In this document: positions 49,115 through 58,911 of the stretch, piece after piece
How the letters are laid out: every line of letters begins with the position of its first letter
Position numbering within the stretch: position 1 is the first letter of the stretch
Assembly: GCA_048268145.1 (NCBI GenBank)
Contig: JBLWWC010000003.1
Location: 1,522-65,521, forward strand
DNA length: 64,000 nt
Origin: Qipengyuania sp.
GTDB taxonomy: Bacteria; Pseudomonadota; Alphaproteobacteria; Sphingomonadales; Sphingomonadaceae
Direction: 5' to 3'
Notes under the pieces: generated by a model
What the model saw: only the letters and a program-made list of their open reading frames with translations
Database searches by the model: none
What the model was told of the DNA's origin: nothing
Program-made: the position numbers and the translations under genes

Positions 49115-50020
49115 TCACTCCGCCGGCATCACCGCATCGGCATATGGGCTTTGCGTTTTCGCGATCAGCGCCCGGTCGTCATGCTTCCAGGGGTGAAAGC
49201 GGGGGGTCAGGATCGCCGCCCATTCAAAGAACATGCGGCGCATCATGCCCGGTTTCCACCAAAGGAAACGGTAGATTTCGCGCTTGGCCTTGCTGCGTGA
49301 ATAGCCGTCTTGTTCCAGCAGGCCGATGGCATCGCGAATGCGGTTGCCGAAATATTTCTTCGTAATCAGCACCGCCACGAGAGCACGGGTCTTGTACCGC
49401 TGCCAAGCCGACCAGTCGCGCGTCGCGTGCAGCCACACATCGTAGACGAGCCCCTTATGCTCGATTTCCTCCATGGCGTGCCAGCGCCAGATGTCGGCCA
49501 CTTCAGGATCGGCCCCGTCGAGATATTCGGGATATTCGAGCAGGTGGCGGCTGATGATGGCGGCGAAATGTTCGAGCGCGATGGTCACTGCCAGGTTCAC
49601 TTCCTTGGGCCGGCCCTCGGTCAGTTCGAGCATGGCCTGGATGCCCTGATCGATGCTTTCGACATTGTAACCGTGATCGGACACCAGCCGGTTGAAGGCG
49701 ACGTGTTCACGCGTGTGGTTGATTTCCTGCTTGGTGAACGCCTTGACCTCGGCGCGCAGGCGCGGGGGTAGATCGTCGCGGAAAGGCTTGAGCGTGTCGA
49801 TGAAGAACGCTTCGCCGCGCGGCAGGCTGGCCGACACCGAATTGTACCACGCGGTGGCAACCGGATCGTTCGAATGCCACCAGCGCGGGGCATTGTGCTG
49901 ACGGTCGAACCGCCGGTCGCGCACGATCAGTTCGTGCTCGTGCGGGGTCGCGCTCTTGACCGCGATGAGCGGCTTGTCGCTGGTGGTTTCGCGGTCTAAC
50001 TGTTTATCTTGGGTCGCCAT
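49115..50020 (-). CDS. Predicted metal-dependent hydrolase, copy 2
   Basis: LPRGEAFFI, QEINHTREH, ALEHFA, WHAMEEIEHKG; clear paralog of copy 1. Confidence 0.88.
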   Translation of the reverse strand: MATQDKQLDRETTSDKPLIAVKSATPHEHELIVRDRRFDRQHNAPRWWHSNDPVATAWYNSVSASLPRGEAFFIDTLKPFRDDLPPRLRAEVKAFTKQEINHTREHVAFNRLVSDHGYNVESIDQGIQAMLELTEGRPKEVNLAVTIALEHFAAIISRHLLEYPEYLDGADPEVADIWRWHAMEEIEHKGLVYDVWLHATRDWSAWQRYKTRALVAVLITKKYFGNRIRDAIGLLEQDGYSRSKAKREIYRFLWWKPGMMRRMFFEWAAILTPRFHPWKHDDRALIAKTQSPYADAVMPAE

Positions 50021-50051
50021 AGTGGTTAAAAATTACTTAATTCGGGGAATC

Positions 50052-50654
50052 ATGGCAAGCCGGAAGAGAATGAGCCCGGAAGAATCGCGTCTTGCGGCGC
50101 TGGAGGCCGCACGTCATCTTCTCATCGAAACCGGTCCGCAATCGGTCACTTTAAAGGCGGTTGCGGCGCGGATCGGGCGCACGCATGCGAACCTGCTGCA
50201 TCATTTCGGATCGGCTGCGGGCTTGCAAAAGGCGCTGGCCGGACACCTGGCGGAAACGGTTTGTGTGACGATTGCCGACGCGGTTCATGCCAGCCGGGCG
50301 GGGCTGGGCAGCCCGCGCGAAGTGGTCGATTTGGCTTTCGATGCTTTCGATAAGGAAGGTGCAGGCGCGCTCGCAAGCTGGATGATCCTGAGCGGGAATG
50401 AAGATGCGCTGACCCCGGTGGTCGAAACGATCCACGAACTGGTGGACGAGATTGCACCCGCCGAAGCCTCGGGCGAGGCAGAGATGAAGCGCGTGCACGA
50501 AGAAACGCTCGCGCTGGTGCTGATGGCGATGGGCGATGCCCTGATCGGCTCGGCGCTCGCCAGATCGCTCAACCTGCCCGAAACCTCTGCCCGTGACCGG
50601 GCCGAGCGCATGCTTGTCAGCTCGCTGGCAAGCTTCGGCGTCCCACCGGCCTGA
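50052..50654 (+). CDS. TetR/AcrR family regulator
   Basis: ALEAARHLLIETGPQSVTLKAVAARIGRTHANLLHHFGS HTH. Confidence 0.9.
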   Translation: MASRKRMSPEESRLAALEAARHLLIETGPQSVTLKAVAARIGRTHANLLHHFGSAAGLQKALAGHLAETVCVTIADAVHASRAGLGSPREVVDLAFDAFDKEGAGALASWMILSGNEDALTPVVETIHELVDEIAPAEASGEAEMKRVHEETLALVLMAMGDALIGSALARSLNLPETSARDRAERMLVSSLASFGVPPA

Positions 50655-50657
50655 GCG

Positions 50658-51386
50658 TTACAGCGCGGCCGCCATCCATGTCGGTGCGGTGTCGGCATCG
50701 ATATCGGCCACGCGCAGGTGATCGATGGCAAGGCCAAGTTCGGGATGGGCGGTCTTGCGCCGTTTCTCGTCCGATTGCGCCAGCGGGACCACGACCAGCC
50801 GGCGATTGACCTTCTGCCGCCAGTTCATCCGCGCGGTGTTTTCCTGCCCGATATAGCAGCCCTTGTCGAAGGCGACGCCGTTGAGTTCGCCGGCATTGGT
50901 TTCCAGCCAGAGAATATCGCCCAGTTCCGCGCGGCCTTCCGCCACGCCGAGCGACAGCCGGTGCGCACGCCAATCCGCGTCGGCGGCTTGGTCGGTTTCG
51001 CCCACCGGGGCCAACCAGCGCTGGCCCAATGCGCCAAGGCGCGGATCGATAGCACCGCCATCGCCGGGTTGCTTCTGCCAGTGCACTGCGACCGCATCGT
51101 CGACTTCGATGTCGATCTTGCGGCGCAGGCGATAGAGCGACAGGCGTTTGGCCAGGTCTTGCGCCGCATCCGCCTCGCAATCGAGCAGCAGCGTGTCCTC
51201 GCCCGAAGGCCACACCAGAAAATCGAACAGCGCCTTGCCCTGCGGCGTCAGCAGGCCCGCATAGACGGGCAGGGCGCCCTTCACGTCATTGGTCACGAGG
51301 CCCTGGAGGAAATCGGTGACGCTTTCCCCGGCCTCGCGGCTGGAAAGGCGGACAATGGCGCGATCGAACAGGCGGGTTGCAGGCAT
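50658..51386 (-). CDS. ygfZ: YgfZ-like folate-binding Fe-S protein
   Basis: FLQGLVTND, LLTPQGK, KGCYIGQE. Confidence 0.92.
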   Translation of the reverse strand: MPATRLFDRAIVRLSSREAGESVTDFLQGLVTNDVKGALPVYAGLLTPQGKALFDFLVWPSGEDTLLLDCEADAAQDLAKRLSLYRLRRKIDIEVDDAVAVHWQKQPGDGGAIDPRLGALGQRWLAPVGETDQAADADWRAHRLSLGVAEGRAELGDILWLETNAGELNGVAFDKGCYIGQENTARMNWRQKVNRRLVVVPLAQSDEKRRKTAHPELGLAIDHLRVADIDADTAPTWMAAAL

Positions 51387-51425
51387 GGGTGACAGATAGG
51401 GCGGCGCGCGTCATAGGCAACACCC

Positions 51426-52478
51426 ATGACCACAGCGCCCGATTCCCTCACGATCCGCCGCCCTGACGACTGGCATCTGCATTTCCGCGACGGGGCGACC
51501 ATGCGCGCGGTTGTGCCGCAGACCGCGCGGCAATTCGCCCGCGCCATCGTGATGCCGAACCTGACGCCGCCGGTCACCACCACGGCTATGGCCGCCGCTT
51601 ATCGTGAGCGTATCCTGGCTGCCGTGCCGCAAGGGGTGGATTTTACTCCGCTGATGACCGCCTATCTCACCGACACCACCGATGCCGACGATCTGGCGAA
51701 CGGCTTTGCCGACGGTGTGTTGACGGCGGCCAAGCTCTATCCCGCGGGCGCGACGACCAATTCCGACAGCGGCGTGACCGATATCGCGCATATCGAAGGC
51801 GTGCTGGCGCGCATGGCCGAAATCGGGATGCCGCTGTGCGTGCATGGCGAGGTGACGAGCGCGGATATCGATATCTTCGACCGCGAGGCGGTGTTTATCG
51901 AGCGTATCCTGGCCCCGCTGATCGACCGCATGCCGGGCCTCAAGGTGATCTTCGAACATATCACCACCAGCCAGGCGGTGGATTTCGTGGACGGCGCTGG
52001 GCCCAATGTCGCCGCGACGATCACGCCGCAGCACCTGCATATCAACCGCAACGATATCCTGGTCGGCGGGATCAGGCCGCACAAATATTGTCTGCCGGTC
52101 GCCAAGCGCGAAGAGCATCGCCTTGCGCTGCGCAATGCGGCGACGTCGGGTTCGGCCAAGTATTTCCTCGGCACGGACAGCGCGCCCCACCATGTCGGGG
52201 CGAAGGAAAGCGCCTGCGGCTGTGCGGGCATTTTCAACGCGCCTTTTGCGCTGGAAAGCTATGCCGCCGTGTTCGAAGCGGAAGGCGCTCTCGACCGGTT
52301 CGAAGCCTTCGCCAGCGAAAACGGGCCGCGCTTTTACGGCCTCCCGCTCAATGAAGGCACGATCGTGCTGGAGCGCGCGGCGGTTGCGGTCCCTGCCACG
52401 GTCGATGGCGGGGATGCGGCCATCGTGCCCTTCCATGCGGGCGAAACGCTCAACTGGCGGCTTGCGGCTTCTTCCTGA
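51426..52478 (+). CDS. pyrC: Dihydroorotase
   Basis: [39 protein letters not shown]. Confidence 0.96.
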   Translation: MTTAPDSLTIRRPDDWHLHFRDGATMRAVVPQTARQFARAIVMPNLTPPVTTTAMAAAYRERILAAVPQGVDFTPLMTAYLTDTTDADDLANGFADGVLTAAKLYPAGATTNSDSGVTDIAHIEGVLARMAEIGMPLCVHGEVTSADIDIFDREAVFIERILAPLIDRMPGLKVIFEHITTSQAVDFVDGAGPNVAATITPQHLHINRNDILVGGIRPHKYCLPVAKREEHRLALRNAATSGSAKYFLGTDSAPHHVGAKESACGCAGIFNAPFALESYAAVFEAEGALDRFEAFASENGPRFYGLPLNEGTIVLERAAVAVPATVDGGDAAIVPFHAGETLNWRLAASS

Positions 52479-53346
52479 GCAGATCCCACACGAAGATCGC
52501 CGCCGCCAGCCAGATGCAAGCGAAACATGCGGCCTGAGCGGGTTTCAGCTCTTCACCGAACACGGTCAGGCCGAGGATAAAGACGATGCTGGGCGCCATG
52601 AACTGGATGAAGCCGAGAACGGAATAGGGCATGCGCCGCGCGGCAATGGCGAACAGCAGCAATGGAATGGCCGTCACCACCCCGCCAAGCACGATGTAGA
52701 AGCTGAGCAGCGGGTCCACGGCGAAGGACGACCCGTAATTCATACCGTACCACCAGGCGATGGCGGCAGAGGGGAGCATCAGCAACGCGGCCTCGATCGT
52801 CAGGCCGGGCAACGCGCCTACCGGCACTTGCTTGCGCACCAGGCCGTAGAAACCGAAAGTGAAGGCCAGCGTCAGGCTGATCCACAGCGTCGTCAGCGCG
52901 CCCGCCGCCAGCATCGCCACGCCAAGGGCGGCAAGGCCCACTGCGATCCATTTTGGCCGGGTCAGCTTCTCGCCCAGAAGCAGCGTGCCGAGCACGACGT
53001 TGAGCAACGGATTGATGTAATAGCCAAGGCTGGCGGCATAGACATTGCCGCGCTGGATCGCCCAGACATAGACCAGCCAGTTGACCGCGATCAGCGTGGC
53101 GCTCGCCACCAGAAGGAGCAGCGACCGCCCGTCTGAAAATGCCGCCTTCAATTGGGGCCACTGCCGCCGCACCGCGACAATCAGCAGGCAGATCGGCAGC
53201 GTCCAGATAATCCGCCAGGCGACGAATTCGAATGCGGGGACGCTTCTGACCAGAATCAGATAGAGGGGCAGCAGACCCCAGATGAAATAGGCCCCGAACG
53301 CCTGAGGAAAGCCGCTGCCTTCTTCGCTGGGACTGTTTGCACTCAT
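52450..53346 (-). CDS. rarD: EamA-family transporter RarD
   Basis: [32 protein letters not shown]. Confidence 0.92.
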   Translation of the reverse strand: MSANSPSEEGSGFPQAFGAYFIWGLLPLYLILVRSVPAFEFVAWRIIWTLPICLLIVAVRRQWPQLKAAFSDGRSLLLLVASATLIAVNWLVYVWAIQRGNVYAASLGYYINPLLNVVLGTLLLGEKLTRPKWIAVGLAALGVAMLAAGALTTLWISLTLAFTFGFYGLVRKQVPVGALPGLTIEAALLMLPSAAIAWWYGMNYGSSFAVDPLLSFYIVLGGVVTAIPLLLFAIAARRMPYSVLGFIQFMAPSIVFILGLTVFGEELKPAQAACFACIWLAAAIFVWDLLRKKPQAAS

Positions 53347-53540
53347 GTCCGCTCCGCTAGGCGGGGCTTGTCCGGCCCGCAAGCGCTCATTTCATCGACG
53401 AAATCCGTTCGGCCTGGCGCAAATTTCCAATCTGACAACCGCGTTGCAGTCCGTTCATGTTTCTGCCTCTACACATTAACGGCATCGGATGAGTCGTTCC
53501 CCTCCGGCCTTCCGATGGAAACGAAAAAAGGACTGTTCCA

Positions 53541-54020
53541 ATGCTGAACCCCGCCAAGACCGCCGGCCTCGCACTTGCTGCCACCGGCCTCGCCATCGCT
53601 GTTCCCGCTGTTGCGGCTCCGGCCCCCAATGCTGCGATCTCCGCCCACACGGCCTCCACCTATTCGGCGCAAACGCCGGTTTATGGCGATACGAGCTGGG
53701 AGCATAAGCGCGGCCGCCGGCACGGCCACGATCGCCGCTATTACAGCCAGAACGGCTATGGTGACCGCAATTACGAGCGCAATTATTATGGCGAGCCGGT
53801 CTATCGCGACACGCAGGTGTGGCGCGGGCGCGACGGACAGTATTACTGCCAGAAGCGTGACGGCACGACCGGCCTCCTGATCGGCGGCGCAGCAGGCGCA
53901 TTGCTCGGGCGCGAAGTCGCCGGCCGCAACGGCGACCGCACGCTGGGCGCGATCCTCGGCGCGGCAGGCGGTGCGCTGCTCGGCCGGGCCATCGACCGGG
54001 GCAGCAGCCGCTGCCGCTGA
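53541..54020 (+). CDS. Secreted glycine-zipper 2TM protein
   Basis: Signal peptide; YYCQKRDGTTGLLIGGAAGALLG...GAAGGALLGRAID..RCR. Confidence 0.85.
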   Translation: MLNPAKTAGLALAATGLAIAVPAVAAPAPNAAISAHTASTYSAQTPVYGDTSWEHKRGRRHGHDRRYYSQNGYGDRNYERNYYGEPVYRDTQVWRGRDGQYYCQKRDGTTGLLIGGAAGALLGREVAGRNGDRTLGAILGAAGGALLGRAIDRGSSRCR

Positions 54021-54261
54021 TCGGACCCTGACCCGGCGCATCAGCAACGACATTACCAGCTTCGGCCGTGCCCACCCGCGGTCGCAGCGTGGCTCCCACC
54101 GGGCCACGGAAGGCGCCGTCTTGTGACTTTGTCGCAGGGCGGCGCCTTCAACATGTCCGGCGCACGCTGTCCCGCTCTGGCGCATTGTCATGGCTTTCGG
54201 TGGATTTGCACACGCAAAGCGGGCATCCATTGGCAAGACGAATTTTTGAGAGGTCTTTGCC

Positions 54262-54972
54262 ATGCGCCATACCCTGATCGCTTTTTGCGCCCCGATTGCC
54301 CTGCTTGCCGCGTGCAGCGACAAGGCGGATGACGCCGCGTCCGACGAAATGGACCCGGCGAGCGAGCAGGCGCTCAATGAAGACCTGATGACCGACCCCG
54401 ATCTTGCCGGGAGCAACGAGGCAAATGCCGCGCTATCGGGCTCGTCCGATGGGTCGTTGCCGACGATCAACCGTTCGCCCGAAGCGATTGCATCGGCGCG
54501 CAGCCGTGCGGTGCAGATGGTGGGCGGGGCCGATGCGCTCAAACCCGCGCCGACGCCGCGCGCATTGTCGGGAACGGACAGCCCGACCCGGGCCATGACA
54601 CAGGCTGCACGCGCCGCGGTTTCTCCCGGCGGGCTGAACTGCGCCGAACAGGTTCAGCATACCACCAGCTGGGCAGCCAAACTGCCCCCGGCATTCCCGG
54701 TCTATCCGCGCGGCAGCACCATAGAGGCTGCTGGTTCGGACACAGGCAGCTGCGCGCTGCGTGTGGTTACATTCCGCACGCCGGTTCCGCTCGACGATGT
54801 GCTGGCCTTCTACAACACGCGTGCGCTGGGCGATGGGTTCGGCGTCGAACATGTGACGATGGGCGGCGACAATATCCTGAGCGGGACGAAGGGCGAGGCC
54901 GCCTATGTCGTTTACGGGCGTCGCCTGCCATCCGGCCTGACCGAGATCGATCTCGTCACCAGCATGCCGTAA
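54262..54972 (+). CDS. Putative lipoprotein
   Basis: LLAA-C lipobox; AKLPPAFPVYPRG; two Cys. Confidence 0.75.
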   Translation: MRHTLIAFCAPIALLAACSDKADDAASDEMDPASEQALNEDLMTDPDLAGSNEANAALSGSSDGSLPTINRSPEAIASARSRAVQMVGGADALKPAPTPRALSGTDSPTRAMTQAARAAVSPGGLNCAEQVQHTTSWAAKLPPAFPVYPRGSTIEAAGSDTGSCALRVVTFRTPVPLDDVLAFYNTRALGDGFGVEHVTMGGDNILSGTKGEAAYVVYGRRLPSGLTEIDLVTSMP

Positions 54973-55032
54973 GGCAGTAAACCGGCGCGCCCCCGCACGA
55001 TACAGCGGCGCGCCGGATGACGTCGTATGTAC

Positions 55033-56454
55033 TCAGTTATCGCGCAGACCGATGCCGAGCGTTGCGCGCGGCTGCTCCAGCTCGGTGCTCGACACCGGAT
55101 GCGCGCAGTAATCCGCCGCGTAGAAGGCGGCCGGGCGATGGTTGCCCGAAAGGCCGAGGCCCCCGAAAGGCGCGGCGGATGATGCACCATTGGTCGGTCG
55201 GTTCCAGTTGATGATCCCGGCGCGGATCTCATTCCAGAAATGCTCGTATTCCTGCGGTCCGCCACCGATCAGCGATGCCGACAGGCCATAGCGCGTGTTG
55301 TTCGCCTCGGCGATGGCGGAGGCGAAGTCGGGCACGCGGACGATCTGGAGGAGAGGGCCGAACAGCTCGATATCGGGCCGTTCATCCATCTCGGTCGCAT
55401 CGATGATGGCCGGGGTCAGGAAAGGGCGGTCTTCCTGCGGGCGTTTCATGTGCAGGATCGGTTTGCCGCCGCGGCTCATCAGCGCAACGAAACTCTCCGA
55501 CAGAAGATCGGCGGTCTGGTTGTCGATCACACAGCCCATGAACGGCTGCGGATCGGCGAAGGGTTCGTCCACGATCAGCCTCTGGGCGAGCGCTTTTATC
55601 GCTGGCACGATCTGGTCATACATCGAATCGACCACCACCAGCCTGCGCGCGGCGGTGCAGCGTTGCCCGGCCGTGGTAAAGGCAGACTGGATGATCGTCA
55701 CGGCAGCGTCTTCGACCTTGGGCGTGTCGATCACGACGATGGGATTGTTGCCGCCCATTTCCAGCGCCACGATCTTGCCCGGATCGGTCGCCAGCGTGCG
55801 GTTGATCGCAATGCCTGCCCGCGCCGATCCGGTGAACAGGATGCCATCGACGAGCCAGTGCCCGACCAGCGCCTTGCCCTCTTCCGGGCCACCGATCAGC
55901 AGCTGGATCACGCCGTCGGGGATCCCTGCCGCATGAAAGCATTTGACCAGGAATTCACCCACCGCGGGCGTTTTCTCGCTTGGCTTGAAGATCACACAAT
56001 TGCCCGCGATCAGCGCCGGTACGATGTGGCCGTTCGGAAGGTGGGCGGGGAAATTGTATGGGCCGAGCACAGCCATCAGGCCGTGAGGCTTGTGGCGGAC
56101 GGCCGCCGTGCCCTGCAACGCGCTGTTCAGTTTTTTCTGCCCGGTCCGCTCGGCATAGGCGGTGATGGAAATCTCGACCTTGCCGATGACTGCTTCGACC
56201 TCGGTCTTGGCTTCCCACAACGGCTTGCCGGTTTCGCGCGCGATAAGTTCGGCGAAAGGTTCGGATTGCTTGCGCACTTCGTTGGCGAAGCGCCGGACGA
56301 GTTCGATCCGTTGGCCGAGCGGCTTGCCCGCCCAGTCCCGCATGGCCGCGCGGCCGCGTTCTATTGCCTGATCTACATCGCCATGCGCCCCGCGCCATAA
56401 TTCTTTGCCGGTCGCCGGTTCGTACGAGATGATTTCTTTTTGTGCCAAGTCCAA
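55033..56454 (-). CDS. astD: Succinylglutamate-semialdehyde dehydrogenase
   Basis: PYNFPAHLPNGH, KPSEKTP, LEMGGNNP, GQRCTAARR, LSGNHRP. Confidence 0.92.
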   Translation of the reverse strand: MDLAQKEIISYEPATGKELWRGAHGDVDQAIERGRAAMRDWAGKPLGQRIELVRRFANEVRKQSEPFAELIARETGKPLWEAKTEVEAVIGKVEISITAYAERTGQKKLNSALQGTAAVRHKPHGLMAVLGPYNFPAHLPNGHIVPALIAGNCVIFKPSEKTPAVGEFLVKCFHAAGIPDGVIQLLIGGPEEGKALVGHWLVDGILFTGSARAGIAINRTLATDPGKIVALEMGGNNPIVVIDTPKVEDAAVTIIQSAFTTAGQRCTAARRLVVVDSMYDQIVPAIKALAQRLIVDEPFADPQPFMGCVIDNQTADLLSESFVALMSRGGKPILHMKRPQEDRPFLTPAIIDATEMDERPDIELFGPLLQIVRVPDFASAIAEANNTRYGLSASLIGGGPQEYEHFWNEIRAGIINWNRPTNGASSAAPFGGLGLSGNHRPAAFYAADYCAHPVSSTELEQPRATLGIGLRDN

Positions 56455-56519
56455 CCCTTGCCCACTGTAAATCAGCGGAATAATTCAAATCCAAGACGCG
56501 GATTAACGGAAGATTTCAC

Positions 56520-56539
56520 TTGTTGAATTCTGTCAACAA
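56520..56539. promoter_or_regulatory. Inverted repeat, operator-like
   Basis: TTGTTGA-ATTCTG-TCAACAA perfect 7-bp arms in the AT-rich astD/adhesin divergent region. Confidence 0.45.
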
Positions 56540-56789
56540 CCTATGGTCCGTCAACGACTTTCGAGTCGAGCTGGTATGTGGGCTGTCGAGCGCGAAGCGT
56601 CAATTCGTGTGTGACAGAAGAAAGGGGGAAGTTCGGGCGAAATCGCTATTCTGCGCGCAAACCGGATGGGCATGCGTGGCAGCAATGTGAGCGGACTTAT
56701 GGCTGAGGAAGCCTTTCCCACAAGGGTCCTTCAAATCCTCCCAGTTTCGAATGGTCCGCTCCTGAAAAGTTTTAAACAGGGAGTTTACT

Positions 56790-58334
56790 ATGCGTACCAT
56801 CAAGTTTTCTGCTGGAATGGCCGGCGCTTCGGCGCTTGCAATTGCGGCTTTCGGCCTGTCGGCGACGACCGCACATGCCGACCCGGATTCCGAATGTATC
56901 GTTACCGAAGACGGTATCACGGTAACTGCCGGTGGCGCTGCTGCAACCGGTGACGACGCACTGGCTTGCGGCCAGGATTCGGTTGCCAATGGCGAAGATT
57001 CCACCGCTCTCGGCCAGGATGCAAATGCGCAGCAGGTCGCATCGACCGCTGTCGGCAACGCGGCAACGGCCAATGGCCCCGGTTCGACCGCAGCGGGTGC
57101 GGGTGCGAATGCCACCGGCATTCAGGCCAGCGCTTTCGGCCTGCTCGCCAATGCCGACGGTAACTTCAACACCGCGAGCGGCGCGAACTCGAATGCCCAA
57201 GGCATTTCCAACACCGCGACCGGCTACACCGCCCGCGCTGTCGGCGTCCAGAACACCGCAACCGGCTTCCAGTCGAACGCTGCAGGCACTGGGTCCGCTG
57301 CTTTCGGTGCTAACGCCCAGGCGATCGGTAATTTCTCGACCGCAGTCGGCTACACCGCTTCGGCTGAAGGCGACGACGCCGTCGCGGTCGGTTCGAATGC
57401 ACGTGCAGACGGCCTGAACTCCACCGCGGTCGGCGGCGAAAGCCGTTCTTCGCAGCCGGGTTCGTCGGCTTTCGGCTGGCAGGCCATGGCCACCGGCGTT
57501 CGCTCGACCGCTCTGGGCCACCTCGCAGTTGCCAGCGGCACGCGTTCGACCGCAGTCGGTGAAGATGCCGATGCAACCGGCGCACAGTCGATCGCAATGG
57601 GTAACCACGCTTCGGCTGCAGGTGATCTCTCGATCGCAATCGGCGGCGACGTCGACGGTAATGGTATTGGCGCGAATGCCAGCCAGCTCGGCGCAGTCGC
57701 CATCGGTTGGGATTCGTCGGCAACGGCCGCTTCGGCTGTCGCTATCGGTGGCCAGGCTTCGGCTGGCTTCGCCAACTCGACGGCAGTGGGCGCAGGCGCG
57801 ACGACGACGCGTGCAGACCAGGTCAAGCTGGGCGGCACGGGCAGCTCGGTGACGATCGGCGATCTCGCCGCCAGCACCGCCGCGCAGACCGGCACGGTCT
57901 TCTTCGCGACCACCGATGCGAGCGGCACGCTGGGTCAGGGTGTGGCTGTCAGCAGCCTCGCCACCAGCACGCAGATCGCGGCGACGAATGCCGCCGTTGC
58001 GACGAACGCCACCAACATCACCGCTCTCCAGGCGCTGACCACCACGCAGACCGGTCAGATCAACACGCTGTTCGGTGAAACCGCTGCCAACCGCGCTGCG
58101 ATCGAGCGTGCCAACGAAGGTGTTGCCATGGCACTGGCGATGGAATCGCCGATGCTTCCGGCCGGAACCAGCTTTGCTCTGTCGGGCGGCGTGGGTTACT
58201 ATGAAGACCAGGGCGCCGGTACGCTGGCTCTCTCCGCACGGATCGGCGAAAACGCTGCCTTCTCGGCTGGCGTGGGCGTTGGTTTCGACAGCGGCGAAAT
58301 CGGTGCACGCGGCGGCTTCCAGGTTGCCTGGTAA
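56790..58334 (+). CDS. Trimeric autotransporter adhesin (YadA-like)
   Basis: Signal peptide ending AHA, about 20 degenerate 14-aa head repeats (A.A.G..STAVG), neck, short coiled-coil stalk, YadA-type anchor ending GGFQVAW. Confidence 0.92.
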   Translation: MRTIKFSAGMAGASALAIAAFGLSATTAHADPDSECIVTEDGITVTAGGAAATGDDALACGQDSVANGEDSTALGQDANAQQVASTAVGNAATANGPGSTAAGAGANATGIQASAFGLLANADGNFNTASGANSNAQGISNTATGYTARAVGVQNTATGFQSNAAGTGSAAFGANAQAIGNFSTAVGYTASAEGDDAVAVGSNARADGLNSTAVGGESRSSQPGSSAFGWQAMATGVRSTALGHLAVASGTRSTAVGEDADATGAQSIAMGNHASAAGDLSIAIGGDVDGNGIGANASQLGAVAIGWDSSATAASAVAIGGQASAGFANSTAVGAGATTTRADQVKLGGTGSSVTIGDLAASTAAQTGTVFFATTDASGTLGQGVAVSSLATSTQIAATNAAVATNATNITALQALTTTQTGQINTLFGETAANRAAIERANEGVAMALAMESPMLPAGTSFALSGGVGYYEDQGAGTLALSARIGENAAFSAGVGVGFDSGEIGARGGFQVAW

Positions 58335-58353
58335 GACGCTACACCTGCGGACC

Positions 58354-58896
58354 ATGAACAGGATCGCAGACACACTCGTAAAGATGCCGGGGCTCCTCGC
58401 CCCGGCATTTTTCCTTTCCGTTGCCAGCCCGGCTGCCGCGCAAGACGCGCAGCAAGCGGCCCAGCCCCAGGCCCAGCCGACGGTCCAGCCGCCTCCTTCG
58501 ATCCGGGCGACACCCAGCCAGCTCGAATTGTCGAAGATGATCTGGTCGACCATCGCTGCCGTCGATCACGCCAATCGTTCGGGCAATTATTCGGTCCTGC
58601 GCGACATTTCGGCGCAAGGATTCCAGATCAACAACAATGCGGCCCAGCTTGCGCAGATCTTTTCAGGGCTTCGCAGCCTCAATGTCGATCTGTCGAATGC
58701 CTTTCTGGTCCCGCCGACTTACACCGTCGCCCCGCAGATGATCCGCGAGGACATTTTCAGGGTGCAGGGCGTCTTCCAGCTGCGACCGATTTCCATCGGG
58801 TTTGATCTCTATTTCCAGTGGGAACAGGGGCGCTGGAAATTGTTCGGTGTCGATCTTCAGCCGCTCGAAATGGCGGTCCAGGCGCCGTCGAAATAA
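58354..58896 (+). CDS. Secreted/periplasmic protein downstream of the adhesin
   Basis: Signal peptide (PAAA-Q), Q/P linker, ANRSGNYSVLRDISAQGFQ motif; alternative start 58384. Confidence 0.75.
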   Translation: MNRIADTLVKMPGLLAPAFFLSVASPAAAQDAQQAAQPQAQPTVQPPPSIRATPSQLELSKMIWSTIAAVDHANRSGNYSVLRDISAQGFQINNNAAQLAQIFSGLRSLNVDLSNAFLVPPTYTVAPQMIREDIFRVQGVFQLRPISIGFDLYFQWEQGRWKLFGVDLQPLEMAVQAPSK

Positions 58897-58911
58897 ATCC
58901 GGCCGGGAAAA

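Noticed and set aside
52450-52478. Short overlaps of convergent genes (pyrC/rarD 29 bp; also 13828-13831 and 17383-17386)
   Set aside because: Ordinary 3'-end overlaps in a compact high-GC genome
56900-57800. Repetitive DNA (TCGACCGC-type periodic motifs) as a possible CRISPR or tandem array
   Set aside because: Degenerate 42-bp periodicity fully explained by 14-aa YadA head repeats in the coding frame
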